A stretch of 64,000 bases of DNA from Botryllus schlosseri (Eukaryota). Each line of letters opens with the position of its first letter. Positions within the stretch are counted from its first letter, which is position 1. Both the position numbers and the translations under genes were made by a program. The DNA lies in the NCBI GenBank assembly GCA_051294905.1, contig CM119371.1, positions 8,000,001 through 8,064,000 on the forward strand, in the 5' to 3' direction. Positions 50,201 through 62,182 of the stretch are shown piece by piece. The notes beneath the pieces were generated by a model. It was not told the DNA's origin. It was given only the letters and a program-made list of their open reading frames with translations, and did not search any database.

Positions 50201-53200
50201 TTATTTATAATAGTTTGCAACGCAGATTTTTGCACTGATCCTGGTTTCAAGTTTTCAATATTGGGCTCCTTAAACTTGGTCACCTCTTTCGCAGTATGTA
50301 CAACATCTTTCGGCTTGTGACCACGATATACTTTTGGGCGACACGGGATTACCGCAATATCTTTCATCCTTGCCTTATTTATGAGAACGTTCTGCAGTTG
50401 CTGCATCCACAGGACTCTCGGTTAAAGTGAACATTCAGCAGAACATGTCCTGGTTGCTATACTGTAGCTACATAGGAGATTTAATTCGTTATCAATCTTT
50501 CTTCGTTTTTCCTGCTCTCGTTTCAATGGCGCGTTGATATCATAGTGATTGCAGATTTGAATACGTGAAAGCTGGTAGGGGCGAACGTATAGGCCGGAAG
50601 CTTTGAAATATCAATAAATGGTTATCACCGTCTGCCGAGTTGTTATGGGCGTAACAGTAAGTGCGGGCTTTCAAATAGATAATCTAGAAACGTAAATTCA
50701 TTCCTTATCATTTGGATTAACGCACAGTTACTAAATAGACAAGGATGTCTAGTCATGTCTAGACATCTCCGAATATAGGTCATATACATTTGAGCGTCGA
50801 TAATACGAGTTTAGGCAGGGAAATACATGAGATATATTTTGTGGATTGGAACCAGAATCGTATACTTATGGTATCACCATTGGCGAATCCCGATTCACAT
50901 CCTTTTATTAGACCAGACCCCATGTGACTTATTCCTGTCAAGGTATTAAAATTGTTGACATGGATTAGAAAAATATGCCTTTATTATTGCGCTAATCAAG
51001 TCAGCATTCATTATAACAAATAGGAAAGGTGCTAGCGTTTGGTTCATGTTCGCCTCTGTTGCTGACTGCAGATACGCTTTTCCCTTGTCTGTATTGGAGT
51101 AAACGATCACGAGTCAATTTCAACGAACTCGGAGCAAAATTCACGAGTCAATTTCAAGTCATCAAGTAATCGGTGTCGATAAAAATCATTGTATCTTGCA
51201 TATGGTCGGATTGCTCGCGAAACGCTCGTGTAACCCGTGAGAGCGACTAATCATTCAATGTTCAATATTGTTTTTTCCCAAATAAAGTGACCGCAAACGA
51301 AGTGATCGAAGCTTATAGCTTACGATCTCGTAAACTAGTATAGTAAAGTAATTTAATAGTAAAATGTATATTTTTGTTTTCTGTTCTTACCTTAACAAAA
51401 CCTCTTGGTTTATTGAAATTGACTTCGAATATAGTTTATAGTCATCAACCATTGGCGCAGGCTCGAATGTATAGTGCATCTTATCAATTCGTTTCGCTAT
51501 TCTCTATTTTGGCTGGTAACTATAAACTGAGGCTATGCAATTATTACGTAGTTTAGCAGTTCTACGTACAAGTGAGCGATACAGCGTCTTCTTGCGTGTA
51601 TATTTAACTCTATATTCGTTCATTGGTTCAGAATCAATGACCACTCAATCTTTATTACAGACAGCCAGCAAAATGCAATGACATAATCATGCCTCATAGG
51701 CTACTTCGTGGGCGAACGAGGTTGGGGACCACTGCCACCTACGCAACGCAAGCTACAACCGTTCGATATATTAATACTCCCCATGACAGTTTCATAGATT
51801 GTTGCATGCGTAGAATCACCAAATCACCGTCGCAAGTCCTTCTCTGGTTTTAACGTTTGACCCGACTCTGGTTAATTCAATTTTATTTAATCACACAGTC
51901 AATCCCAAATCGAGTGATTTTACGAAAAGATCGCACCAAAACCAATTACAATGTTCAGTCACTAATCATCAAAGTGTCATTTTTATCATTATGAACTAAA
52001 AATGTGACGTAAAAGCTGATCTTCTACCGCATGGTAGCCTTTAAGTGATATGATAGTGAGGTTTGTTGAGGTTTCAATGATTTTATAGTAGTTTTAGCGT
52101 GAACTTTAAGTTCTTATCTCTAAAAAGATATATAGAACTTAAATATTTTGTTGAATACTTGAAATTCCAAAATGCCGTCGCGGGCCGCACAAAATGCCCT
52201 CGCGGGCCGCGTGTTTGAGACCTCTGCACTAAAGCATGATCTTTCGAGAATTCTCCAAGCCAAGAAATACCAAGTTCAAGTCGTGTGCGTTTCTGTAATG
52301 ACGGGTGTTCTAGGATGTTTGACCGATTTCAATAAAAAGCTCAACACAAATTCACGCCCCAATATGTACGGAATCTAAAAGGATGACATGTAAACAGGAA
52401 TTTTTTCACCTTACTCTGATCGCTGGTGAGTTAACTAAAAAAGGTCAATGGTCCAAGACGTTGCTCGGAAACCGGTTTCCGCGATTACTTTCCGTTGAGT
52501 TGACCATTCTTACAGCCAACTTTCGCGTCATATGGATAATGAACCGTCTTCACGTGCATTTCTGGTCATACTCATTTAATATATCTCACTGGATATTCTA
52601 ACGTTTTCGCGACCTTATCGCACCATTTGACATTTTTGCCCCCTTCTTTCTCTAAATCGCCCACTGGGGGCGTTATTGCCCACGTTGAAAACCAGTCGTA
52701 TATACCGACAATTCTGAGGGAAGGTCAGTAAATTACAACATGCATCAAGGTGATTACCAAAACCGGAAGATGCGTCATTAGTAATTTTGTGAACAAAATT
52801 TTCGACAACACCCCTCCATCACCTCTGTCCGTTTTATTATTTATTTAAATTGTAACACTGTTATATGGCCTTCACCTCAAAGCCCACCAGGCTGCAGCAA
52901 AAGTGTGGTGCCTTGTTTACAGGGTGTATGCGCACTGCTTGTTTGGTTTTGTTCAACTTATCGTTGTGAATCAATCAGCCTTTTCGGACATTAGTTTCAT
53001 CAAAAACAAATACAGAGCACGCCTCACTAATGCACTTGCACATCTGGAACACTCAATCATAGTTGCATTGTCAAGTTACATACCAGAGCACAGCGCACTC
53101 GTTGATAGCACGCAATGACTGGCTTCCCACGCACTGATATAGAAACTGATAACATGCTATCACTGTCCAGTCTAATGTTTAACATGATTTATTTTAAAAA

Positions 53201-53544
53201 CTGAGTTGACTCTTGTTGTATTATTTATACAAACCTGGTGCGGAGTAATTCATGATTTATTTAAAAATCTTAGTGGCGAGCTAGTTGAAATGAGATGTTT
53301 TGATTTAAAAGACCTTTTAGAAGTCTTAACGCAATGTGATTCCTGCCCAGTTCTATTAATATCAAAGTGGGAATTAGGTCTAGTACGGGTAAAAGACGGG
53401 AATAAATGGTAGCCCGCAGCTTCAAGCAATTCCCAAGAAGTAGCTCTCGGTTGCAAAAAAGGTTGGTGACCCCTGCTCTATATGTTACGGAAATGTGGCC
53501 AAGAACATCGATAAACCTGATCTGTCATTTTTCTGCGCGGATTA
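47271..53544 (+). repeat. Segmental duplication copy 2 (contains the intact AHD gene)
   Basis: Colinear with 29319-39009; begins immediately after a MITE terminus at 47268. Confidence 0.9.
49009..50406 (-). CDS. Intronless AF9/ENL-like protein: basic low-complexity repeats plus C-terminal ANC1-homology (AHD/ET-like) domain, no YEATS domain
   Basis: 465-codon ORF; the true start may be the Met at 50367. The C-terminus ELYCQLRWLQERLSRVKNLDTLLRVSRIVTENTG...LSFDLCNLDIAIVKRIRDVLKS matches by eye the AF9 AHD pattern (L..L..RL......L..IV..IEETG.......FDFDLCSLDKTTVRKL..YL). NLS-like PPAKKRL x3 and KPRKRK x2. Confidence 0.85.
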   Translation of the reverse strand: MQQLQNVLINKARMKDIAVIPCRPKVYRGHKPKDVVHTAKEVTKFKEPNIENLKPGSVQKSALQTIINKPRKRKLSTSIDIAAKADITKCEVPPAKKRLVASKEKLKDRPRKTKCEVPPAKKRLVSSKENLKDRPQEMSAYANTGSASNNKAKHDSAISVLASQPETSPGEFGGLKMKFDKTRDSNIQRCKLVSQRQSTSKGVIGKNVVHTAKKLTKFKEPNNENLKPGSVQKSALQTIINKPRKRKLSTSIDIAAKADITKCEVPPAKKRLVASKEKLKDRLQEMSAYATTGSASNNKAKHDSAIWVLASQPETSPGEFGGLKMKFDKTRDSNIQRCKLVSQRQSISKGVIGKNHSMKKHELASKMGKAPFNMDEEDTASVEIDILPASSLPQIPMELYCQLRWLQERLSRVKNLDTLLRVSRIVTENTGRAFAGGCLSFDLCNLDIAIVKRIRDVLKSEEVST

Positions 53545-54029
53545 TTGATGCATCATCTTTAACTGAAACGTGACCAATTCCGACATTGAGCGCAAATGAT
53601 AGGGATTTTGACGAATAATAACCACAACCAATGATGTAATAAAGTGGGTACTAAACTTAAGGCGCGACCCATATCTGAGTTTAATGTCATCTTTCGACCC
53701 AAGAGTCACACATAGACATGAATGCACTTCCAATGCTCGTATGCTACGAACGGGCTTGTATGGAATAGAGAAGGTTCAGGCAACCAATTGTACGCATCGC
53801 AGCTCTATGAAACATAATTTGTTGATCTAGCGAGGTTGATGTCACATGACATTTATTTTTCGTAATAATATATATACACGACTCGTTTCTACTTGGCTTT
53901 ATGCTCAGATCAACGGTTTCCCAACTTTTTCTATTCATCAACTCACTGCAGGGGTTTCCAAACTTTTTCTATTCATCAACTCATTGCAGGAAATCAATGT
54001 GTAAGCTCGAGAGACAGGGAACCCTGCTG

Positions 54030-55965
54030 AAATTGGCGATCAAATCAAGAAATGAATCTCATTTCTATATGTTATTCAGAAACACACTTACACACATGCG
54101 CGCGCTCTTTCCGTAGCGAACCAGGCCATGTATTACGCAACCACGAACGGGCCAGAACACGTTGACCGAGCTACAAACATAAAACATATATTTATTTGTT
54201 CCAATTGGCTTACTGTATTGTTATTGAATATCCGTAGGCAATAGCTCTCTGGACGCTTCATGCGCGAATGAATTTCCGCAATGACATGTGTTCAACTGTT
54301 CATACTTAAATTACTATTATTTTTAGTACTCTCCTAACACATGTAATTTGGTCGTGTCGTCGAAAATTCAGGGCACGTAAATATCTATGCTAATTGAGTA
54401 GCCTTTCTGGCCGTGTTGCCCAATGTCTGTATAGTATAGCCAACAACGTAGACTTCGACATTCAAAAACTACCCGCAGGCGATCCAATGAAATGCTAAGA
54501 AAATAATTTGTCAGGATCTCGATCCGTAATGTAACAAACCCTGTTGTAATGGCTGGATGCTGCAAGCAGTCACAAGATATTGTGGCCTTATTTCACCACA
54601 GACATTATTCGAGAATTATGACGATGTTAGTAGACTTCGACTGGTGTCTATTTATGGACATCATAACTTTCATGTGCAGTGACGGTACATCTATCTTCCA
54701 TTCTAAATTGTAGCGTATGGCCTATTGTGAATGAACATTTGGCAATGCTGAGCCGAGGTCAACTGTATCTAGCTAGACTACACATATCCGTTGGCACAGC
54801 AATTGTTTGTTAGACTAATGAGTGTTCCCTTCCCTCTTGTGATGGTTATTACATTGTGATTGGTTGAATAATGAATATGCATCGTCACTGAACATTGTTG
54901 AGCATTCCAGCGCTCGGAGAGACGGTAGTATTTTATAGCTACGATCGTTTTTTGTTGAAACCTGTGACTGCGCCTGTGTTCTAGAAGGAAAAAAATACTG
55001 TTGTTGAACATGTCTACTCCATCAGCAGAGCTTGGAGATGCAATCCGATCTAAGAAGCAATCTGTTTCAGTGCTTTACCAGGCGATTACTGGGCAAGGAC
55101 CTGTCGAGATGCTCGCGATTCCTGACAATAACGGTATTGATGGATATAGCTGCAGAAGTTACAAGTTTCATGTAGTTAACCTTGGATGGGCCTACCTGTT
55201 ATTTGCGTAGTTGCATTTTGAGTAATATCTGGATAGTATTCCTTGCCGAAAGTAAGAACACCAATTTGGTTGTATCTGATATCTCTTCAAAGGGCAGTGC
55301 ATTATTATTTGACCTATACTTTTATAAGATGGATGGTTATGTGCAACTCCTCATGTTGTTGGTGCTTGAACTGAAAATAGTCCGAAGTTACGAGATTGGA
55401 TGTCCTTGGAAACTAACGAGGCTAGTCCGATATGTTATGTTATAGTCATGATAAGATAATGTTCACATAATGTGATTAGCGTACCCTATTCCCTCCATGG
55501 TGATTAGGGAAATTCGCACCCGTCTTGGCCAACGTCAAAACCATTGAAAAAACAATAGGGCGATTGCAAAGCGGCGTGTAACAATATAATCATTATATTA
55601 TTGAATACATGAAGTAAATTTACTTCTGTGTACCAGCCGTTAATGATGTCGGATAATCATCAACGGTAAAGCGTGATTCACGTCAGATTGCCGTGTTCGT
55701 AATATTGTCTATGTAAGAACATAAATGTATACGTCTAATCACGGTGGTAATATCGGTAACGCAAATGTTCGTTCAATAGTTTTCCCCCTTGTTAGCCTGG
55801 TCCGTCTAATTTTCCTTTACTTGATAAATAATAGAGATGTGTTCTCATGTAAATCGAACTTACCAATGAACATATCGTAATCAGACAACGAAGAATCACA
55901 TATCTTATACTTGTGGACTTCAGATTTCAGAGGCGAATAATTTGATAAATTTCGATAGACCGCAG
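54030..55965 (+). repeat. Diverged duplicate of 23032-25335 (upstream region, exon 1 and intron 1 of gene B)
   Basis: Shared blocks include aaattggcgat..., cacgaacgggcc, gggcacgtaaatat, acaagatattgtggcc, gctgagccgag and gattagggaaattcg. Confidence 0.85.
55010..55133 (+). pseudogene. Gene C: first coding exon of a third family member; downstream exons not found (truncated copy, or continues unseen)
   Basis: 124-nt exon MSTPSAELGDAIRSKKQSVSVLYQAITGQGPVEMLAIPDNN followed by GT, the same length and phase as gene B exon 1. Flanks 54030-55965 align with 23032-25335. Homology stops at a MITE end near 55971, shortly before where exon 2 should be. Confidence 0.6.
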
Positions 55966-56635
55966 GGTCGCAGGGGTGGCCAACCGTTTTGCTATTTAAG
56001 ACCGCATTTCGATTACTTATGTAGTCTGCGACTGCATTCTAGGGTATAGCCGTAATGAGCTGACTGGACACAACTGTCCATGTTAAACTGCCCATTAGGG
56101 TTGTTCAAAATTGACCGACTTTCAAAAAGTCTAGGTTTTCAGTCCGTTTCCCATGCCTTATACCTTAAAAACAAATTCTGGCTACTTTTTTTTTGTAATT
56201 CATCCCCTGCATCCGTGTGCATATTGCCGTTTTTCATGCACCCAAAAAATTATTCGGAATTAGGGGATTCCCTCGTTGTGAGTGACTCGACAGGAATCGC
56301 ATATGTTCTCATTGACGTGAAGCGTATGTTCTAGCGTCGATGACGCGCTAGGTACGGCAGTGAAATGGGGGATCATTGATTAGTCAGGTGTTTTGCTTCT
56401 TTGTTGCTGAAGAACTGTGTTTACGATTAAGGTGCAGGACTTTAAAAAACCTTGCTTTACAATCTTGAGAAATATAAATAATATATACTCCTATGGTACT
56501 GTGCTTCTGCAACAATGAAAACGGTAATTGGGTGGTGTTCTTTCAACGTTTTGTTTCGTTTTTACTCGCATGCCTCGCTACCCGTCAAATTGCACGTAAC
56601 ATCAATCATAGAGCATGAAGCATGAGAATGTAGAC

Positions 56636-57638
56636 CAGGGGTTCTCAACCTGGGGGGCGCGAGAAATGTTTGTCAATTTTGTCAATGTCTGTATAAATTG
56701 TGACTAAACATGTGCTTCACAACCATTCTGAAGATACGATTATTGAAGATTAAACTTAGTTCGTATTCTAGAAAGCTTGACAAACTCAAACTCCAGCAGT
56801 CGCGCTCAAAGGAGTATAGGCTGACTTCAACTTCATTTGAGCGAATTTTTGATATTCTTTGAAGATTTAGAGAAATTCCTACGTGCAAGTGCCGTGCTCT
56901 CTGTAGTGACTACCAGCATCATGATTAGTCTCATTGCAACCTACCTTGAAATGAATTGATGTCCTTTTCAATGTTTTTTTGTTATTTTCTAACAAGTTTG
57001 GGTAAGTTTGTCAGCAATGTAAAAGACTAAACAACTGTATTGCGGGTTCAAAATTGGCGTAAGATATACCTTATGTATACTATTATATCAGGGGTGGGCA
57101 CTGAACAGCCCGTACGGTCGCATGCGGCCATAGAAGGGAATTTGTGCGGCCGTCGACGCCTAATTCAATTAGTATGTGTTGGCAGCCGTGGACATGCAAA
57201 TTGCAATTACTAATTCACTCCCGAATTTTCGAGAGATTTTATTTAATCTTGAAATTTTCTTCGCGCTCCCCGCAATTCAACAAGACTTCATTTTTCGATT
57301 TTAATGCAGTAGCGCCCTTCTTAATTGGAGCAGGAGTGGGAATCCTCAAGAAATAACAATTCATTAGCGGCTCTGAAAAATTTTCGCGCTCGGCACGACT
57401 ATATGCACTCCCACCAACTATTGATTACATTTCCACGCGTGATTTCGGTGCGTACAATAGGCCGTTGTGAAAAGTAGAATAGTCCGGAGTTCACCGGGAA
57501 TGGATATGGACAGTTTACCATAGGTATTTTGCGCTTTTTGACATGACGAAAAGTGTAAGGGGGGAGGGGGTCAGGGGGGCGCAATATTTTCGACCATCCC
57601 CAAGGGGGGTATGTGTCAAAAAAGATTGAGAACCGCTG
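56636..57638. mobile_element. hAT MITE with internal insertion
   Basis: Ends CAGGGGTTCTCAA/TTGAGAACCGCTG; perfect TSD atgtagac. Confidence 0.88.
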
Positions 57639-59931
57639 ATGTAGACATACCACTTCCGCTGGGGTTCGAACGCAGTATATACCTACTTAAACTATAATGG
57701 CTACATTACAGATCTTCGTGGTATGTGCGCATAGTCCTCGATTTCTCAAAATTAGGCACGCCCAAATGATGGGGAGATGAGACGAGACACTGGTACCGAA
57801 AATACTTCCATGATTATAGTACGCGACTTTGTCTACAATGGCATGCTGGCAGAATCTTTCCTGGCATGCAAAAAACTTCTACCTGCGTGAGTTATGGGTT
57901 CTGTGACAAATGATTTACGTTTGAGGAGGTGCAAAACAAATTTTGATCGACATATAATTTTTCTATATCACCTTCCAGACTAACAAACCCGCAATACTTT
58001 TTTTGTTCGACTAACTTTGGAGGATAGATATGTGCACTTGTGCAGTTTACACGAGACAACCTGTACGTAAGTATATGTACGGGCTAATAGTAGATCCATA
58101 TATTATATATCGAAAAGAAAATGCGGAAACTCTACGAAATGCGATTCTATGCGAAGAATATCACTTCAACCATTGTGATTGTATCGAGACTATGTGTCAA
58201 ACTGTTCTTCGACGCCTTAACAATCAGTGCATTTATCCCGAATGACTTACATCGCGATAGAATAAGTGACGCGTCGTGAGGGTACCCAGAAACTTGTATA
58301 CATCTTTCAAAAATACTATTTAAAAGTCATATCCAATTTGTTTCATACCCCATTTATTCGAGACTTGAAATACATTACAAAAATTAGTCGTCGTCGTCGT
58401 TATTGGCTATATGTGTCTTAATTTATAATTGACAGGAAATTGAGAACTCCAATTATAATACGATTATTGGATATCGAATATTTATTAATCCAAGTCCATG
58501 ATGAGTTAAAATGGCAGCTGTCGTGCCACTGTGCTTGGAATCAGAACCTTCTACTTGTGAGTTAGACGTGGCAACGGCTGCACTACGGGATTAAAATCTA
58601 AGAGCCTTCATCATCGAAGTACCTAACGGTTGATGATGAATCGACCAATTGCGGTAGAGCTCAGGCATTTCGTGTTTGAATTCACAGGGTAAAAATTCGG
58701 CCACCCCCTATTTGATCGCAATCAATGCATATTTATCAGCCATATGTTAAAAGTCCGTCCTTATTCCGGATCTTTAACACTGGGGATCGTTGGACAGAGC
58801 GTCCTGCTAATAGCGCTAATGTCGCGCTTTCGTGCCACATGGCGGACACATTAATTGCCGCGGTAGTTCAGTCGTGAGGATGTAGACTGTATTGATTCCT
58901 ACTACACACATTTCCTGAAAACCGATGTTGCAAGTGACTTCAATTGTGAAATTGCTACCCTCATACCGTAATTGATGTGATAGTGTAAGCGCACGTGTAG
59001 ATTCAGTAGCTCATGATTAGGCTATACTCGAAACTATTTCGACGCATTTGGCGGTATTGAACTTGAGCGCAATATCGCAAGATGACGACAGATTCATTTT
59101 TGAGCTCATTTGTAATTCTTGTACATTATGCTGTGATAGGAATTAAAGGTGTTTAGTACTGGAATCATTAAACTTGAAAACGTTTTTCACAGCATTTAGT
59201 AGTTTTGCAATGATCGTTGATATCGATTCATTTATAGTTCAACTCGTCTGGAACGCAGGACCGTCTGCGCGTTAAGAAGAAGTGATGACAACTTCGTAGA
59301 TCTGACAGATACCGAAACAGGCCCGGTATATATATACCGCAAGCCACATTATCCTATTTGTATGTATGGAAGAACGCAGCGTCAATATGCTATATGGTGT
59401 GACACCTAAGGCCTACTTCAAATCTCCGCAAAGAAACGGAACGGAGATTCCTGAACATTACTATATCGTGTATTAATTTAAGCGCGAACTTGGCGAGTCA
59501 ATGATTTCTTAATTTATTCCACCATCCTACATACATATCCTAATTGAGTAATAGTTGAATCGATTAATCGACTCGCGCACCTTTCATATGGTAAGTGATA
59601 TGGTAATCCGTCGGCATTTGCGTTGCATTTCGAGTTTTTCCACAACCCAATAAAAGCTTGAATTTACATGTAGGCGAAATGGAAACTTTATGAGGATACT
59701 TCGGAATTAACGAACTCGTACAAAATATTTCAAGACATCTCTTTTATTACCCCGGTTTGCAATGCATGTCATTCGTTCAGATACGAATACATAACATTCA
59801 TATATGTCGAAAATATACAAATATATTCATCTTCATTATCGATCGATGACACTTTGCACCTCTGCATTCTGAAAAGAAATAATTACCAATGAATCATCGA
59901 ATCTCTTCTGGATGTGTATTAACCTTCATTG

Positions 59932-60397
59932 CTACTTACATGCACATATGCCTTCCTCGCAAAATCGACCATTGCAGTCTGAATCACTACTGCAGCGATC
60001 TGTAAAATAACCGACATGCTGAAAATAGCGAACATGTATTTTTAATCTTCGGTTTTTTGGTTTTAGTAAAAGCTGTCAGTTCATCGTAGGACACAGCCGT
60101 GATCTTACAGCGAAAACGCAAGTGCCATGGTCACTTGCACAATCTATATTAAATACTTCCCGTAAGAATGGAATTGTAGTGTCGAGATTTATGGAGCTCT
60201 TCATCGCCCAAATGTGCTCAGTGAGGTCTACAACGTCATTTCGAATAACATTAGACAATAGATTACGATATCCTTTAATAAATGCATAAATCAAGAAAAA
60301 GTAACACATAGATAGATGAGTGATTACAAGAAGCCATTATCCCACTTGTGATTGCGGCAATCGTGGAAATGAACAGAAGGATTTTCATTGCAGCCAT
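59932..60397 (-). CDS. Candidate small secreted cysteine-rich protein (~100 aa; exon structure uncertain)
   Basis: Possible exons: 60397-60346 (MAAMKILLFISTIAAIT, signal-peptide-like; weak GTGGGA donor), 60272-60109 (GTAAGA donor) and 60018-59932 (HVGYFTDRCSSDSDCNGRFCEEGICACK*). An alternative 60-nt exon 59999-59940 has strong ttttacag/gtaagt sites. Confidence 0.35.
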
Positions 60398-60468
60398 TGT
60401 TGGACGGTTAAACTGAACTTGAGATACTTAAATATGTCTGCGTAAAATTGAATAGGAGCAAAGAAATA

Positions 60469-60672
60469 TGTAGCTCGACATCCCTAATCGAATTCTTTAA
60501 ACCAACTTTCTCGAAAGACCTTTATAATTGTTACAAAACTCAAGCCGCAATTTGCCGAACAACCGATTCTTGTAGCTCGACATTCCTAATCGAATTCTTT
60601 AAACCAACTTTCTCGAAAGACCTTCATAATTGTTACAAAACTCAAGCCGCAATTTGCCGAACAACCGATTCT
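60469..60672. repeat. 102-bp tandem duplication
   Basis: tgtagctcgaca...aacaaccgattct occurs twice, nearly identical. Confidence 0.9.
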
Positions 60673-61739
60673 TGGATTCGGATATATAATCTGCAACACC
60701 GTCCATTTAGCGCTCACACCCTCAACAACTGCTGAAGTGTATTCATGTAGTGCTATTATGAACAGGGGTGCATTTATCGCTCAAGATCGCACTGGGACTC
60801 CAGTTTTATTGTGATTTTTCGCCGGTTTTGAGCCATCTCTGTCGCAGAATGATCCGAACTACAATTTCGTACGAGATGATATAATAATCGCATTTCCTTA
60901 TCATGATTGATCGACTTCCGTGCGCGGTAGCATATTTGAAGCTCGATCAATACCGTGGATCAGGATCATGCATGAATTCTGATGTACTTCCGATATGGTT
61001 GCAATAAATGAGCACATAATGTTAGGTAAGGCGCGACATGAAGCACCCGATGACTTGTAATTGATAGATAAAGGATAGCCGAGCTCAAATGAATACCTAG
61101 GTATAGACCACACAGATATGAACGGTGCCGAGGCGGCGATAGCGAATGTATACTATGGTGCCTTACTGAATTTCAGCTACAACTCTTTTCATCACTCAGC
61201 TCCATATAACTGTATCTCCATCACCATCGTGCAATGGCAGTCATAAATAATAATATTCAACGGTACTATAACATTCATCCAGTTAATATCCATAACGTAC
61301 AATGCGATAAACATGGCGCAGTGTGATGATGCTATAAGCAGATTGCATAGTGGCGAAATAAAGAAATGTGGCATTATCCACCCTAGCCTCCTGATTCTAA
61401 TACGACTATGGAGTCCATAGGCCTGACCTTTACCACCGACTCTCAGTCCAGACAATTCGAATGTCCTGACTGCAATTTCTAACCTCGAAAACTTTGAACG
61501 CATCGTGTCTGGGCAGTGGGCATTTGTTACGAACGACGCTGTGTAATTAGCTCATCAGATCAGTCGGATTAGCTTAGAAACGTGTTGCGGGCGAGACTTG
61601 AACCAACAACCATTACTGCCACGGTGGTGGCGTGAAGCAGCGGCTCGAACTCCATTGGAATCTTTGGTCAAGGGGCAAGAAATGGAGTGACATGTCATGG
61701 GAGGCGAGATCGATAGGTCAGGTCGTGGCCTGGTAATCT

Positions 61740-62182
61740 TGAGGATAGACTACTATTGATTTGGTAGTAATTGCTTGTATTTCGACTTGAATGTGGACCC
61801 TGGACATGCTCGTCGACTGTCGGATGCCCGGCGGGATACTGTTCCACACATCAGGTCCGGCATATTTGATAGAGCGATGATCTTTACGGTCGATCATATG
61901 ATATTTGGACGACGTGGACGCGTGTGTGTTGAGCTTGTGCGTTTGTGGTTCCGAGGTACAAAAGTCATTGAAATATTCGGGGCAATGGCCGCAGAGGAAC
62001 TGGTACATAAACTTGGCGATTTCTAGTTTCTGCATATCTTCTATGTTTAGGACACTGAATCTCTTCAGCAGCGACTAGTTGGATGGACAACCACGCCCTT
62101 TTGAGGCCCTAGCTATGATACGGAGCACGATATGTTGTAATTTTTGCAGTGGGTTGAGTGCAGTGTTACTGGCAGCACCCGA
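61740..62182 (-). mobile_element. 5'-truncated LINE (L2/Crack/CR1 group) ORF2 C-terminal relic
   Basis: GAASNTALNPLQKLQHIVLRII...(stop)...VLNIEDMQKLEIAKFMY...RSIKYAGPDVWNSIPPGIR is the typical post-RT C-terminal motif set. Confidence 0.8.

Noticed and set aside
49286..50320. Plus-strand ORFs 49286-49474, 49490-49918 and 49934-50320
   Set aside because: Antisense shadows of the repetitive AHD ORF.
59238..59325. Exon-like segment as a possible gene C exon 2
   Set aside because: In the required phase 1 it hits a TAA, and it does not resemble the family's exon module.
60448..60735. ORF with a duplicated 34-aa Cys-containing unit
   Set aside because: Its length is explained by the 102-bp tandem duplication; non-ATG start and no homology.
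60901..61503. Hydrophobic minus-strand ORFs suggestive of a GPCR or multipass pseudogene
   Set aside because: No recognisable family motif and no consistent splice model.
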